NCBI GenBank assembly: GCA_951406725.2
Contig: OX597820.1
Location: 50,530,001 to 50,594,000, forward strand
Reading direction: 5' to 3'
Source of the DNA: Octopus vulgaris
Lineage: Eukaryota
Length of the DNA: 64,000 bases
This document shows, one piece after another, positions 27,960 to 41,336 of the stretch. How positions within the stretch are numbered: position 1 is the first letter of the stretch; every line of letters begins with the position of its first letter. The position numbers and the translations under genes are program-made. The notes beneath the pieces were generated by a model that saw only the letters and a program-made list of their open reading frames with translations, had not been told where the DNA came from and made no database searches.

Positions 27960-28705
27960 CAGCTAAAGTGATGAAAAGTGGAGTAGACACAAAGTGCAGA
28001 TCTCGTAACGATGAGATTGAAACAGTGGACCACCTAATCTCTGGGTGTAAATTCTCAGCACCTTTAGAGTATAGATCAAGAATACATGACAGAATTTATC
28101 AATATGGACACTGGATAATAAGTCGGCGGCATAAAATCAAAATTGCTGAGGAATTGAAAAAGAGCCAGACATAGGTTGTAACTGAGGAAGAAAATGTAAT
28201 GATGTTTTGGGACTTTCCAGTATATACACACCAAACCTTAAACCAGATATTGTTGTGAAAAACACAAACAATAAAATCTGTTAAATGATTGATATGGACA
28301 TGCCTTATGATTATAATATTTCGGCAAAAGAGTTTAATAATCTCAGAAAAGATAAAGATTTGCTGATTGAAATCGAAAACATTTGGCAACTCAAGATGAT
28401 TTCTATACCAGTGATTGGAACGATCAAAAAGGTACTGAAAATTATTTGAGGGTGATCCCTGGCTTACCATCCATGCAGGAAGTGCAAAAGATTGTCTTAA
28501 CTAGTAGCTCACACGTGTTGAGGAAAGCATTTTTCTCTTTTTCTTCTTTCATTTCTCTTTCTGTCTTTCTATCCCTTTTCCCTATTAAATGGCTTTGTAA
28601 ATGCACGATTTGATGTGTTTATTTGAATGGCCTACCAATGTATAGAGTGAGTTTCTTTGCCGTAGGTGTTGGGAAGACACTCGGCAACAAATGGAAACAA
28701 ACTGA
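27960..28705 (+). mobile_element. 3' part of R4/Dong-type LINE (CCHC, REL, 3' UTR)
   Basis: KCRS...ETVDHLISGC...HDRI, PDIVV, IDMDMPYDYNISAKEF, VQKIVLTSSSHVLRKA; 3' UTR homologous to 53490-53600. Confidence 0.85.
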
Positions 28706-28719
28706 AAGAAAATAAGAAG

Positions 28720-29012
28720 AAAAGATAAAAAACTATGAGGATTTAAATTGAGAGACACGAAGGTTGTAGTTAATGGTGCACGTGGAATAGTTAATAGTGC
28801 ACTTGGAAGTATCAGCATTCAACTGCCAACATGGCTGAAAAAGATCGGTGCAAGTGTGAATGCAGAATACCTACAAAAATCAGCATAGCCAGTAAAACAA
28901 ATGTCACCTTAGTCTGCTGGCTGTGGACAGCTGACACTTTCATTCATACTCAGCAATACAAGCCGTGAGTTTTCATACAACAACAACAACAACAACAATA
29001 ATAATATTAATA
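28720..29012 (+). mobile_element. 3' end of another R4/Dong-type LINE family
   Basis: VVVNGARG...WLKKIGASVNAEYLQKSA resembles the REL C-terminus; ends in (CAA)n(AAT)n. Confidence 0.6.
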
Positions 29013-29014
29013 AT

Positions 29015-29560
29015 AGATGCAGTACCAAGCAGTTTCTCCCGTGGCTTCTAATCTTAACTGATTGGAAGTGTTATCATGTACATTGTTTTGTCTTGGTATA
29101 AAAGATGGGCTGCATGAAATATTCTGCTAAATACCATAGATTTGCTTGCCAATTGTTTGACCCTAACCAGTTGAGCATGTTCCTTAAAGGTTGACGATAT
29201 GTGCATCTCTGATCACGAGCAGAAGTAGTGGGGGAGCATCATAGCCATGTGTCCCGAGGGATTCTTTGGGGTTTGAATAATTCACTTCTGGAAACATAGG
29301 TGTTTCGTTAAACATACTTAAACAACCCTTATTCAGAGACCATTTGAGTGCGATGGGTTACTCGACCAGAGGAAAATTCTAACTGACCTGCAAGGTCATG
29401 TGCTGTTTATCTTGAAATGAGATCACCATGTTGCGCACATATGGTTGTGATGCATGTGCTTAGTGTACCCTTATCAGAAGGGTAGTCATGATGGGTATAC
29501 TGGCCTTCGTATATTTTACCCCAGTGTCAGTTTCATGGCAAGCACTGGACTCTCACTCAA
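29015..29560 (+). mobile_element. ~550-bp (AAT)n-associated element
   Basis: GATGCAGTACC...GATTGGAAGTGTTATCATGTAC...CTCTCACTCAATAATAG; collinear with 23212-23759. Confidence 0.88.
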
Positions 29561-29681
29561 TAATAGTAATATCTTTGTGCTGCTCTCTCACTCAGTACCT
29601 GCATCGGTGGCATTTGAAATCAGAACTTATTGATGGATGAAATGCCGCTGTACATTTTTCTCGATGTGCAATTGGTTGTTA

Positions 29682-29754
<73 letters not shown>

Positions 29755-29849
29755 GTTATTTGTAGTAGTTGTATTAGAAGTAGTAGTCGATGTTGTAGTG
29801 GTATTATAAACTCGTCGTTAAGCATTTATGCTTATTTAATTTCTCATTT

Positions 29850-31250
29850 CATATTGCCCTAAATATTTTAAGGTATTAACCTTTCTAGCAAATCAAATTT
29901 GATTTGTTTTAAATTCATATTTTAATTACGCGCTCGTCTATAGTCCAATGGAATATATTCTCATGATATTACATACATCTTAATTTGTGTCCACCTATTT
30001 CCAATCTATTGTGTATTTGCAGACACTTCGTTACTATGATCCAAATTATATTGCCTATATATTTTGATATATAGATTATTTAATATTCTCTTCATCTTTT
30101 GTACAATATTAAGTCTTCTAATCTGTATTATATTGTTACAAGCTGATAATATTTATAAGTTTTCACATCAGGGTAACGAAATATTGCCTGTTGGATATAT
30201 CTGCTAACTCCATCATCTATATAAACTTTCAAATTTTACAAGATGTGAGCAGCTACTAAAGACATATTCAATAATTTCGTTTTTGTAATCCGTAGATATC
30301 TCTTACTGAAGCCTAATGTTTATTAAATTTTGGGCCGGCTTTGATTCCTGTGCTGTGAATATCAAATCTGGTGCCTCTTCATTTAGCCTAGAATTTATTG
30401 AACACTTAATGCTCTTTTGTCAAGCTCTCACAGCTGAGTCCATACTGGCTATGGAATAAAATACCTGTATATTGAAACATGATTTTTCAAAGCCAAGTCC
30501 GTTTATACGAATGATATAATTGTTTCCTCACACCATTGGTATTTAAATTTCAATTTCAATTAGGGAGTTACTAGAGTTCTGGTCATTCATTTTATTTAAA
30601 TCTATTACATAGATCTTCCAATATCTGATGGTCATAATCACTATTCTTTATTCTATAATATTTGTTTTAGCAAATTATTTTATCACACTTTGAATTTGTA
30701 GCTTGCTTTTTGATATTTCTAGTTGCTTTGTTCTAATCTGCATTTTTTCATTATTGTCGTAAGTACACGTTTGTACTTTTTTGAATCGTTAGTTATAAAT
30801 AATGATACGTTATTCATATACTATTACCATCAATATGCGGTTTCCCTTTCCCTGATTTTCGTTTATTTTTTTATGGTCCTCCAACTTTTATTTTGTAGAT
30901 TTTCATCAATCTACTTTAGAGTAGGTATATCCGATGTATATCGGCTTCAGAACGCTGTTTGCAACGTTATAGTTCTCGTTCAACTGTTAAAACAGTTCGA
31001 TTAGCGAATCTTCCTCTTACTCGTATTGATATTATTGATTAATTTATAACCTGAATGATTTTATCAGTGAGTTGGCTAGAGTATTTCTCTCATTAACTAA
31101 TTTATATCATTAGCTTCACATATTAATATTAATGTCATACATTTTCATAATAATTTCTTTTAAAACTACTTGTTTTCTGAGTTTTATCGCTTCGGCTTTA
31201 CATTTTGTGTAAATGGTGGTCCTCAAATTCTCTGACTTCCGTACCTCACA
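29850..31250 (-). mobile_element. Decayed Penelope-like RT
   Basis: Minus-strand fragments PSDIGRS, YQW, FDI and YIDDG (~30208-30225) occur in PLE RT order; many stops. Confidence 0.5.
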
Positions 31251-31309
31251 TAAAACTCACATAAAAGTCAGAAACATTCTCAGATTTAGTTAATTTAACT
31301 TACCTTTGG

Positions 31310-31800
31310 CACATATCTTTCAACCCACACTCATTGTCTTATTCTGAATAATTTGGTGTAGGCTCTCCATCTGGTTTATATCCTGACAGTAATATACATT
31401 GTTCCATTCAGTAAACTTTTTTTCTGTTGTGAGAGTAAGACAGAAGAAAAGGTGGGATTGGGGGGTAAAATAACCTTGAAAGATACCTCTTACTTTGGGC
31501 ATTTTCCTGGCGTTATTCATCGTTTCCTTGTCCTGCAATTAGATGGTTGTTTTCCAGTTTGACAAGTAATAAATGCTGCAATGCTTAGATAATAGAGTTA
31601 CTTTATGTATACGAAGTGTCTCTAAAATCGCTTAATGCTGTATGCTATCAAAGAGTATCCGTAAAAAAAAAAAACATCCATATCTTGCTAAGGCTTATTT
31701 TCCCCTTTTTCTTCCTTAATAGCCTTGGCAGCTGATATTTGCAGTGCTTTTCCATGCATCTAATATAAGTATTTGATCAAATGATCCATTTGTTTGGGTG
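31310..31800 (-). mobile_element. Decayed R4/Dong-type RT fragment
   Basis: KVRGIFQG..TP..LFFCLTL (ORF 31320-31538); LSKIW...FDSIQH. Confidence 0.6.
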
Positions 31801-32349
31801 TTTTTGTTACATACAACCTATCCAGGTATACTTTTACTTCCGTTTATTCTCACATGGCACACAGCGTTGTTTTCCTACTTAGTTTAATGTCACTATTTGA
31901 ATCAAATATACGATCGTATGCAAGAGTTAATCGCACTTTTCAAAGCGTTTTCACCTGCAAGGATTTCAAATATAATGATCTTAATTTTCTTTTACATCCA
32001 GGGTGTGTATTTTTAGGCAGTTTCTATTTGATATTTGAACTGGTGAGCTGATTACAGAGATGAAATGTGTGAATTAGTTATACACTGTATATGTGTTCAT
32101 GGAAGTGAGAGGTGCGTGTGGAAAAGCTTGTGGAGTGAATATATTGTGATGCAGAATACATGATCCTAAAAGGTTTCTGATAGTTTTCAGCAAAGTGGCT
32201 TTCATTTTCTCTACAACAATTCGCGGTTGTACATTCTTAGAACATACAATCATTGTTTCTCTCTCTACCTACCTCTCTATGTCTTTCGCTCTCTCACACA
32301 CATACAAATACACACAATACACCGTGCACATACAGAGGCACATGCACAT

Positions 32350-32406
<57 letters not shown>

Positions 32407-32410
32407 CATA

Positions 32411-32528
32411 TTGGCCTGCTCGCTTAGCCAGTGGAGTGGCGTCATTTGAAGGCTAAAACAATGCGAAGCGCTTTGTGACCAGCGATGTGTAGCAACCTCT
32501 TATAGCCTGGTCGGTCACGGTGATCACG

Positions 32529-32532
<4 letters not shown>
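32411..32532 (+). mobile_element. Short RTE-type 3' end (LINE or RTE-tailed SINE) inside (TA)n
   Basis: TTGGCCTGCTCGCTTAGCCAG...GTGACCAGCGATGTGTAGCAAC...GGTCGGTCACGGTGATCACGGTGAT; short tandem 3' terminus. Family call is from recollection of octopus repeats. Confidence 0.55.
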
Positions 32533-32562
<30 letters not shown>

Positions 32563-32983
32563 TATATAAACGCATGTGTGTGTATGTTTATGTGTGCGTG
32601 CGTGTTTGTGTGTCTGTGTGAGTGTATGTTGCATTATGCGAGTATCAGAGGAACTGAGATGTTCACGCGAAAACACTGCATCAGAATGAATATCTAGTTT
32701 CCTGAGAAAGTATAGTGTTAATAAAAATAACATAGTACAGTGACAAGGGTAATTGAACGAACAAAATTCATCACTCATAAAATATCGTGGAAATGTGAGT
32801 ATTTAATAAATGGAGAGAATATGGGAGCTCCATCAGCCAGTTCCAGATATTTTGGCCAAACAGCGTGAATATTTGAAAATATCTATATTCATCGTGATAG
32901 AGTAGATATTTTATTGATGTTACGTAGTCAGTTATATGTAGAATTTGAAAATCCGGCAGCTGTTAGATTCGAATTTGAAAATC

Positions 32984-33129
32984 CAAGGGCACTACAATAC
33001 CTGTACATTTTTCAAGGGCACTACCATAACCGTACGTGTTTCAAGGACACTACAATACCCGTTCATGCTTCAAGAGCACTACAATACCCGTGCATGTTTC
33101 AAGGGCACTACAATACCCGTACATGTTTC
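32984..33129 (+). repeat. 29-bp minisatellite, 5 copies
   Basis: Consensus CAAGGGCACTACAATACCCGTACATGTTT starting at 32984, 33013, 33042, 33071 and 33100. Confidence 0.92.
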
Positions 33130-33799
33130 TGCAACATCTATAAGACCGCAAATTAATTTAGTGCGATATCGTCGGTTTCAGTATCGAAAACCCTCTTTTT
33201 GAATACTCTAAACATTCTGGGAAAACTTACGAAAACAGTGGCCACCATATCGTTTTTATTCTTTTAACGATTTAAGTCATAAGACTGCGTTTAGGCTTTC
33301 CTTTTAATTGTTTTTTTTCTTTTGTCAGCTTATTCTAGCTTTCTTAATGGAAGTTGGTCTATAAAGTTTGTGGCAGCTGAACCTCTCTGACTATATCATT
33401 AAATGATTGGCTACTACATTTGACATGATTGCTCCTAAGTCTTGTATATCATTACCGCTCTGAATTATTTTGTTACTTGATGTCAGATGTGATACTTGTG
33501 CATTTCCTTGGTAATAAATAATCTGAAATTTTGATGTATTGAATTTCAAATTATTTTTTTCTGTCCGTTGAAAAATGAGGTTTAACTTATTTTAAAGTGT
33601 GACGGTATCGTCTGGAGTTTGATTAGCCACCAAGATTTTTGTGTCACCAGCGTAACTCGTTAACTTGGCCCAGTACTCTTGCGAGCTTATAGCTGATTGG
33701 GCAATGTTAAATAATCATGGTCTTAGAATCGTGCCTTGAGGTATAGCACTGATTACAGATGTCTTTGTTGTGAGAAAACTATTTAAAGCAACAGATAAT

Positions 33800-34460
33800 T
33801 TTCTATCTCATAAAAAGTCAACGACTCATTTTTATGGTTTTCCTATGATACTAAGATCCCTTATTCTTTGACAGATCAATATTGTTACGTGTTTTAGGAC
33901 AATCAAAGCTAATACAGTCACTGTACATTCTTCTCAACAGATTATTGAGAATAACGTTATAGCACTGCAATAGCTGAAAGAGGCAGAACACTAGTAACTT
34001 AGTTTTGTTTCGCGGTGATATCTACTCTTTAGAAAAGGAAAATAACCTAATTTTAGATGCATTTATGACGAGGTACGATGGTACAAAAATTGCTACCATA
34101 ATCGAGCCATCTATCTTACGAAACCTTCACAAGCGTATAGTTTTAGCTTTCAAAGACAATGGTCTGCTATTCTCAAGCTATTTGAGCTGCTACGCTATTG
34201 TTTTATCGGGGTGATTTTATAAACATCGTCGAATAATCCATACTTCTATCATTTCAATAGAATTAATGTGGAATATACAGTAAATATTGGAAAATATGCA
34301 TTGTAATATTTTTTCTCATTACGTAATGTTGCATGATTAGGTTGGCCATTTTCTATGTCTGTGTAACTATTTTTCAAATCACTGTCATTAAAATTGTCCG
34401 GGATTTAGTAAAATAAAAGCTATATTACTATAATGAATTTCCGTTACAACATAGCATTAT
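33800..34460 (+). mobile_element. Decayed Penelope-like RT
   Basis: ORF 34005-34214 DAFMTRYDGTKIA...ILRNL...AFKDNGL resembles PLE MGSYDGA...YRDDGL; downstream SNH and YNIAL. Confidence 0.55.
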
Positions 34461-34606
34461 TATATTTTTATGCTCGTTTTTAAATTCCATAGTGTCCTCA
34501 GTAAAATTCATCTCATGTTTTCCGTAAAGTAAGTATCAATCAAATAATGGTATCGATTAAATCAACACAACTTATCTCCGAAAATATCTAACGCTGTCAC
34601 TACATC

Positions 34607-34661
<55 letters not shown>

Positions 34662-35279
34662 TTAATAATAATAACAATAATAATGAAAATACTAACAGCA
34701 ATAATAATAGCAAAAACAACAACAAGAGTAACGACAAAAATGATAGATTATTTTTGTAGTTGTGAAATGTTTTTCTTTTATTTTCACAAATCGTATGATT
34801 TCTGATGTGAAACATAATAAAATTAAAATAACGTGTGTGTTCATCAGCTCCGAAATCTTTAGAGAGAATATTTGTCCCATAGGATATTGGCAGTTTCAAG
34901 TAGTATAGATTATTTTTTATAATTATTTGTGTTTGATTTTTATATTGTTTATAAACTGTCGATGTTTGCAATTTTTTTTTAACTAAAATGGACGATTAGA
35001 AAATTGAAGTTAGTGTTTCAATTTATCATACACTTTTTCGCTTTCACCAGTTTACTGACAGCTCCAACCAAATTTCTGAGTAAATAGCAATTAATGACTG
35101 AATAGATGACTCTTATGTGACTTGATTCTGGTCATACTCTTTCGGCTGATGATATCTATGTGATTGCTGTTGTAGTTGTCGATGTTGATATTGATGATAA
35201 TCATAACGATGACGACGATGAGGACGTTGATAATAACAACAACAACGTCGATGATGTGTTTGCTCATGTGTGGATTTTT

Positions 35280-35349
35280 GTGGTTCGTGTATGTATGTAT
35301 GTGTCTATACACACTTATATATCCATATATGCATATGTATGTGTGTGCG

Positions 35350-35384
<35 letters not shown>

Positions 35385-35496
35385 GTATGTATATATGTAT
35401 GTGTGTATGTATATGTGTTAATATATATATATATATATATACATTTACATAAACTCATATATATATACATAGATAGAGATAGACATGGATATAAAC

Positions 35497-35539
<43 letters not shown>

Positions 35540-35790
35540 TATATAACCCTCCTCACGCAAAACCACTTGCTAAGAAGATCGATTCTCAATCCCACCACAT
35601 GGTTCCTGCATGAGTAGTTGGGGCAAATCTCTTCCATTATAACCTCGGACCAACCAAATCCTTTTGGGTGCAGATGGTAGACAGAAAGTGTAAGCGGCTC
35701 GTCGTATATGTATGTGTGTGTTTCTGTGTGTGCGTGTGGGAGAGAGAGAGACATAGAGAGAGAGAGATGGAGAGAGAGAGGGAGAGAGAG
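35280..35790. repeat. (TA)n/(TG)n/(GA)n cluster with a decayed SINE head (~35565-35705)
   Basis: Direct inspection; GGGCAAATCTCTTCCATTATAACCTCGGACCAACCAAA resembles the family at 481-1034. Confidence 0.7.
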
Positions 35791-37059
35791 AAAGGGATTA
35801 TGTGTGTGCATTTCATGCTCAGTCATTACAGGTTTTCAGCCCCACACCTTCGAGGGTTTTCAATCCCCCACCAGGAGATATGCTGATAAAGAGGTAAAGT
35901 TCAACTTCTAAGTACATGCAACCCCGAGTATTTTGCTCTATTGCATCCTCTTGGTCAAATATATTTTTGATATTTTGCGAGCCTCTCATAACAAAACAGA
36001 AATCAATATTATACCGAATATTCTTCCAAGCGTGTGCATGGCTGTATCACTGACATTTCACTCAGTGAATATTCCACGTTTCACAGGATGTCAAATCCGT
36101 AGACATTTTAACTAAATACCCCTTTCACGACCGCAGTAAACTCAAATTTCATGCATGTACATACATTTCCATGTATTGTTTCTGTATTCAACCATACCAA
36201 CGTATATATATATATAATTTATATCTTTTGATACTTCAAATTATCTACTAACTCGTTTCTTGCCTTTACAAGCTTTTTATTCTCCATTTCTGTGTGACAA
36301 GTCTCATTCTCAGTTTCTTTCATTTCGTCTCTGGATTTCTCAACTACTTTTCTTTCAATACTTTCTCAGCTTTATTCTGCCCCTTGGCATATGCAATTTG
36401 TACAGTTTAGTCAATGTTCATATATATTCAGGGATTATTTTAATGCACATGTTGTAAATCCCTGCACATTTATCATGAGTGAAGTGCTTTGATGTGCAGG
36501 GGATAATTGTTGATATTCAACATATATAGTCTAAATTTCTAGACGACATATCAAAATGAAGAGAGAGCGTAGCGAAAGCATCACATGGAGACATAAAAGA
36601 TCCACGTCTCTACTTATTATTTGACTTGTCCTGGCCACGAGAATCTGCATCATCTCTGATTTCAATTATGTTATTTGTGAAGTAAGCAAATTCAAGTATT
36701 GTGTTACTTCTATTTTTATGCTATTATACTTCTGGTTAACAGTATAATAATTTTTACAGTTACTTGATATGTAGTTACTCTATATGTTGACATAGAATTT
36801 GTATTTTCATAATTATTTCGGATACACGTTCACTGTTTTTATACTATTTCCAGTTAGAAATTCCAAAACACACTCTAAGGAGTTCTTGTGTGAAATTAGA
36901 CAAAATAATAATTTTTGCATTGACATAAAGCTACATGATTATATGTGGAGAAGAATAATGTGATTGTCTTAGTTATGAAATATTATTTACAGTGATCTTA
37001 ATGAACACGAAACGATGGGTTTGCAGAGACACTAACATTATCAGGTAGATGCAACTAGT

Positions 37060-37440
37060 TGTGGTGCCACTTCAGACGGTTTTACAGCCAGCTGTCGCCA
37101 CTGGTCTCTGTTATCTGTCATGCGTAACAAGGTGACGGTGTGTTCTCTGCGTAACAAAATCTTGATGTTGCCAGATCAATATTTTCTCTGTATGATTCTC
37201 TTTTGCCCTCCATCCACTGTACCCTGGATGAGTTTTCGACTGAGTGCTGTCTCGGGATATGTGACCATACCAAGTATGCCTTCCTGTTTTTAGTTGAGCT
37301 GTGCGTGGTTCCTGTTTGCCAGCATAATTGTTGACCAGATACACGGCAAAGTTGTTCGTTTTGTGCTCTATGTGCAGGTTGCGTTGCAAGCCATCTAAAG
37401 CACTTGAACTCAAATGCTTGAATTCTTCACTCTGTATTAG
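37060..37440 (-). mobile_element. RTE-clade LINE 3' fragment
   Basis: ORF 37111-37503 TNNF...VNNYAGKQEP...WYGHISR..QSKT matches the RTE C-terminal WFGHV.R motif. Confidence 0.75.
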
Positions 37441-38029
37441 CTGTAAGAGTCCAGCTCTTACACACATACAGAAGGCAACATGGAAAAAAATAAAATCATG
37501 CAATGTATTGTCTTACCTTTTACACACATAATAATACGCTATGTTCAAATACTGCTTGTGGGGATCGATACAATGAAGTACCAGCTTAATACTGAGGGCA
37601 ATTCCATCTACTACCCATATGTACACATATAAAATATATACACATAAAAAAAAATTCATGTTCTTGTGCCCCGATTAGAAATAATTTATATTATAGAAAC
37701 AAAACGGATGAAAGAAATAGCTGAATCTATCGGGATTTGAACAGAGACTCAAAATAAACGAATAAAAAACTAAAACTACACGGCAGTCTATTTTGTTGTG
37801 CTGCTCTAGCAATTCTGAAGATGGTTATTAATAGTGTGACATTGGTAAGCGTTTATAACTAATATCGTTTTCGTCGTTTTATTGTAACGCAAGCAGCATC
37901 AAATCATTTTGAATATCGGTTCACATGAAAGGTAAGCTGATACTTAACAAGAATAACAAACAAAAAACAAAACAAAAATATAAAACAAAACAAAAACAAA
38001 TCAGAGGACAACAAATGTAACAAGTACGA

Positions 38030-38153
38030 AGCACAGTATCATCACAATCACCACCAGTAACATCAACAACTTCAATACGAACATCATCATCATCTTCACC
38101 ATCGCCAACATCAACACTACAACTAGCACTGTTATCATCAACACCATCATCAC

Positions 38154-38204
<51 letters not shown>

Positions 38205-38425
38205 GATTCTGTCGCTACCAACGTCGCTATCATGATCAGCAGCAGCATCATTAACACCGTTGTCATCGCCGTCCATATTATCTTCACCATGACAGTCACC
38301 ATCACCATCATCATCATCATCATCAACTAAGGACACAAGCACTACCATCACCAACATAATCCTCTCCACCATCACCAACACCACCACCACCATCACCAGC
38401 ACCACCATCACCACCACCACCGTCA
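38030..38425. repeat. Degenerate (CAT/CAC)n microsatellite
   Basis: Direct inspection. Confidence 0.9.
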
Positions 38426-38759
38426 CCTCGGATAAAATAAAGCATATGTAGCTGCGCAAAAACAAAAAACAACGGAGGCAACAAAAGGAGGCAAACAGTA
38501 TTGAGGCTACAGAGAAGCAGTGAATGATTTTTCTGTGTGTTTTTTTTTTCTTCTTTTACTACAGCAAACTTATTTATTTTTATTTGTTTATATATATTTT
38601 ATATAAGCATCATGCGTTTTTTTTTCCATTAACAAAATGAATCAACTGATACAAATCCAATGTATGATTAAGGTCAATGATTGATATGGATATACAGACC
38701 AGCTATATAATCGCGCACAAAAACCAACTGCTTATATGATTCTTCCAGACACACACAAA

Positions 38760-38787
38760 TATGTATGTACGCCTGTGTGAATGTATG

Positions 38788-38846
<59 letters not shown>

Positions 38847-38985
38847 GCATATATGTAGGTATGTATGTGTGTGTAAGTATGCATGTATAAATGGATGTAG
38901 GGATGTATGTATGTATGTATGTATGTATGTATGTATGTGTGTATAAGTAAGTATGTATTTATAAATGGATGTAGGGATGTATGTG

Positions 38986-39017
<32 letters not shown>

Positions 39018-39085
39018 TGTATGCATGCATGCAAGTATGCATGTATGTATGTATGTATGTGTGTGTAAGTATGTATGTATGTATG

Positions 39086-39116
<31 letters not shown>

Positions 39117-39380
39117 GCATGTATGTAGGTATGTATGTATGTGTAAGTAAGTATGTATGTATAAATGGATGTAGGTATGTATGTGTATATGTATGTATGC
39201 ATGTATGTATGTATGCATGCATGCAAGTATGTATGCATGTATGTATGCATGTATGTGTGTGTAAGTATGTACGTATAAATGGATGTATGTGTATATGTAT
39301 GTAGGAATTAAAGTATGTACGTATGAATGAATGCATGTATGTGTATATGCATATATGTATGCATCTGTGTATGTGTATAT
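38760..39380. repeat. (TATG)n satellite with higher-order units
   Basis: ATAAATGGATGTA recurs at ~38887, 38961, 39161 and 39275 within TATG runs. Confidence 0.9.
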
Positions 39381-39556
39381 CTGTACATAGGTTTACGATT
39401 AGCTACCTGTAAATATATGTATGTATGTGGTGCATATATATGCATACACACTCGCTCAGACACGCAGACACTGAGGCTCACATATGTGTATATGCGTTGA
39501 GCGAGACATACAGACAGACGGATAGATAGATAGAGAGAAGCAGAAAGATAGATAAC

Positions 39557-39599
<43 letters not shown>

Positions 39600-39751
39600 T
39601 GTGTATATATGCGCTTGAGCGTGTGTGCGCGCCATTGTAAGTGCGTGAGTGTTTGAATGTTTGAATGTGTTAACAGTAAACTCTACGCTCAGAGTACTAA
39701 GTTAGAATTTATTTAGTAAATATGTAGACTTAAGATTTATATAAACACACA

Positions 39752-39824
<73 letters not shown>

Positions 39825-39978
39825 TTAAAGAGATAAAGCGATAGATTGAAAGAGACACTTAGAGTGCTACAGCAGATTACCATTGAAAGTTCGCACTATC
39901 TAAAAGACCTTGATATGAATAAAGAGATGAATAGATCCGCAACGCGCCAACATATACACTCACAAGCACAAACACATT

Positions 39979-40021
<43 letters not shown>

Positions 40022-40651
40022 GCACACAGACACAATCTTTCTCTCGTGCGCGCATCTACAGGGCTGCCACATATATATATACAGAGATGTGTACACGACT
40101 CGATCCATATGAAGTAGTATACAGAGATAATAGTGTTTGCAATGTGATGTGAATATACTTTGAAATTGATAGTTATGGGTAACAAGATTTACACAGAAAT
40201 AGAGAGGTAGCGCTAGTGTATATATAGATTAAAGTAATATGAAATTGACTTAACTATCACTTGTAAGTTAGATACGCTGATGTGGGAGTATAAGGGGGGG
40301 ATAAAGACGATGATACAAGCTGGTACAGTTACCAAAGTTTGATTGAACGTTATTCAGAATATTACATAGTAATTAACATCTACAGCGTAGACTATCTGAG
40401 ACTTTTCCACAAGGATACGCTTATAGACACTTCTACAGACGCACAAACAGACACACACATAGAGGGACACACGCATATACAGACACACACGCACACACAC
40501 ATATACAAAGAAGTTAATAGTAAGCGTCATATATACCAACGCACACACATATAACTAGGTTCACCCCATCCCACCATGCATAACTATTTCAATGTATCTA
40601 TATATCTGTCTGTCTACCTTTACGAATCTTGTGTCCTTGTGTGTGTGTGTG

Positions 40652-40698
<47 letters not shown>

Positions 40699-40748
40699 TA
40701 TATAATATATATATATACAATATATGTATATATATATATATATAAATA

Positions 40749-40821
<73 letters not shown>

Positions 40822-40905
40822 AAGGGTGAAAAGGAACACACGAGTTGATATATATGAAAAAACAAGTAAAAAATAGAAAATGCTAAAATAATTTTATAGT
40901 GAACA

Positions 40906-40949
40906 TTTCAGTACCGGTTTCGGTCATTTTGAGACCTTTTCAACTGTAA
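40906..40949 (-). ncRNA. Minimal type I hammerhead ribozyme (left arm)
   Basis: Exact reverse complement of 41337-41380. Confidence 0.8.
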
Positions 40950-41336
40950 CGATTAAATAATTAAATTTAGAAAAATTAGAAGAAAAGTTTTTTTAAAAGA
41001 ATATTTCTATAGTAGTGTTCAGATTTAAGTGGCATTCTGCCTTTCTCGACTCCTTGTTTGCACTTGTGTGTTCGAGGTAGTTGTGAGTTCTTGGTAGGGT
41101 AGTAGAGGGAAGGCTGGTGAGGAAAGGGGGTGGGCACTCCCAGATTCTCCCACCCCCCTTTCCTCACCAGCCTTCCCTCTACTACCCTACCAAGAACTCA
41201 CAACTACCTCGAACACACAAGTGCAAACAAGGGAGTCAGAGAAAGGCAGAATGCCACTTAAATCTGAACACTACTATAGAAATATTCTTTTAAAAAAACT
41301 TTTCTTCTAATTTTTCTAAATTTAATTATTTAATCG

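Noticed and set aside
32984-33129. CRISPR-like 29-bp repeats
   Set aside because: Units are contiguous with no spacers, there are no cas genes, and the context is eukaryotic.
34785-34850. Minus-strand CTGATGA...GAAATCATACGATT (hammerhead candidate)
   Set aside because: No helix I or helix II pairing.
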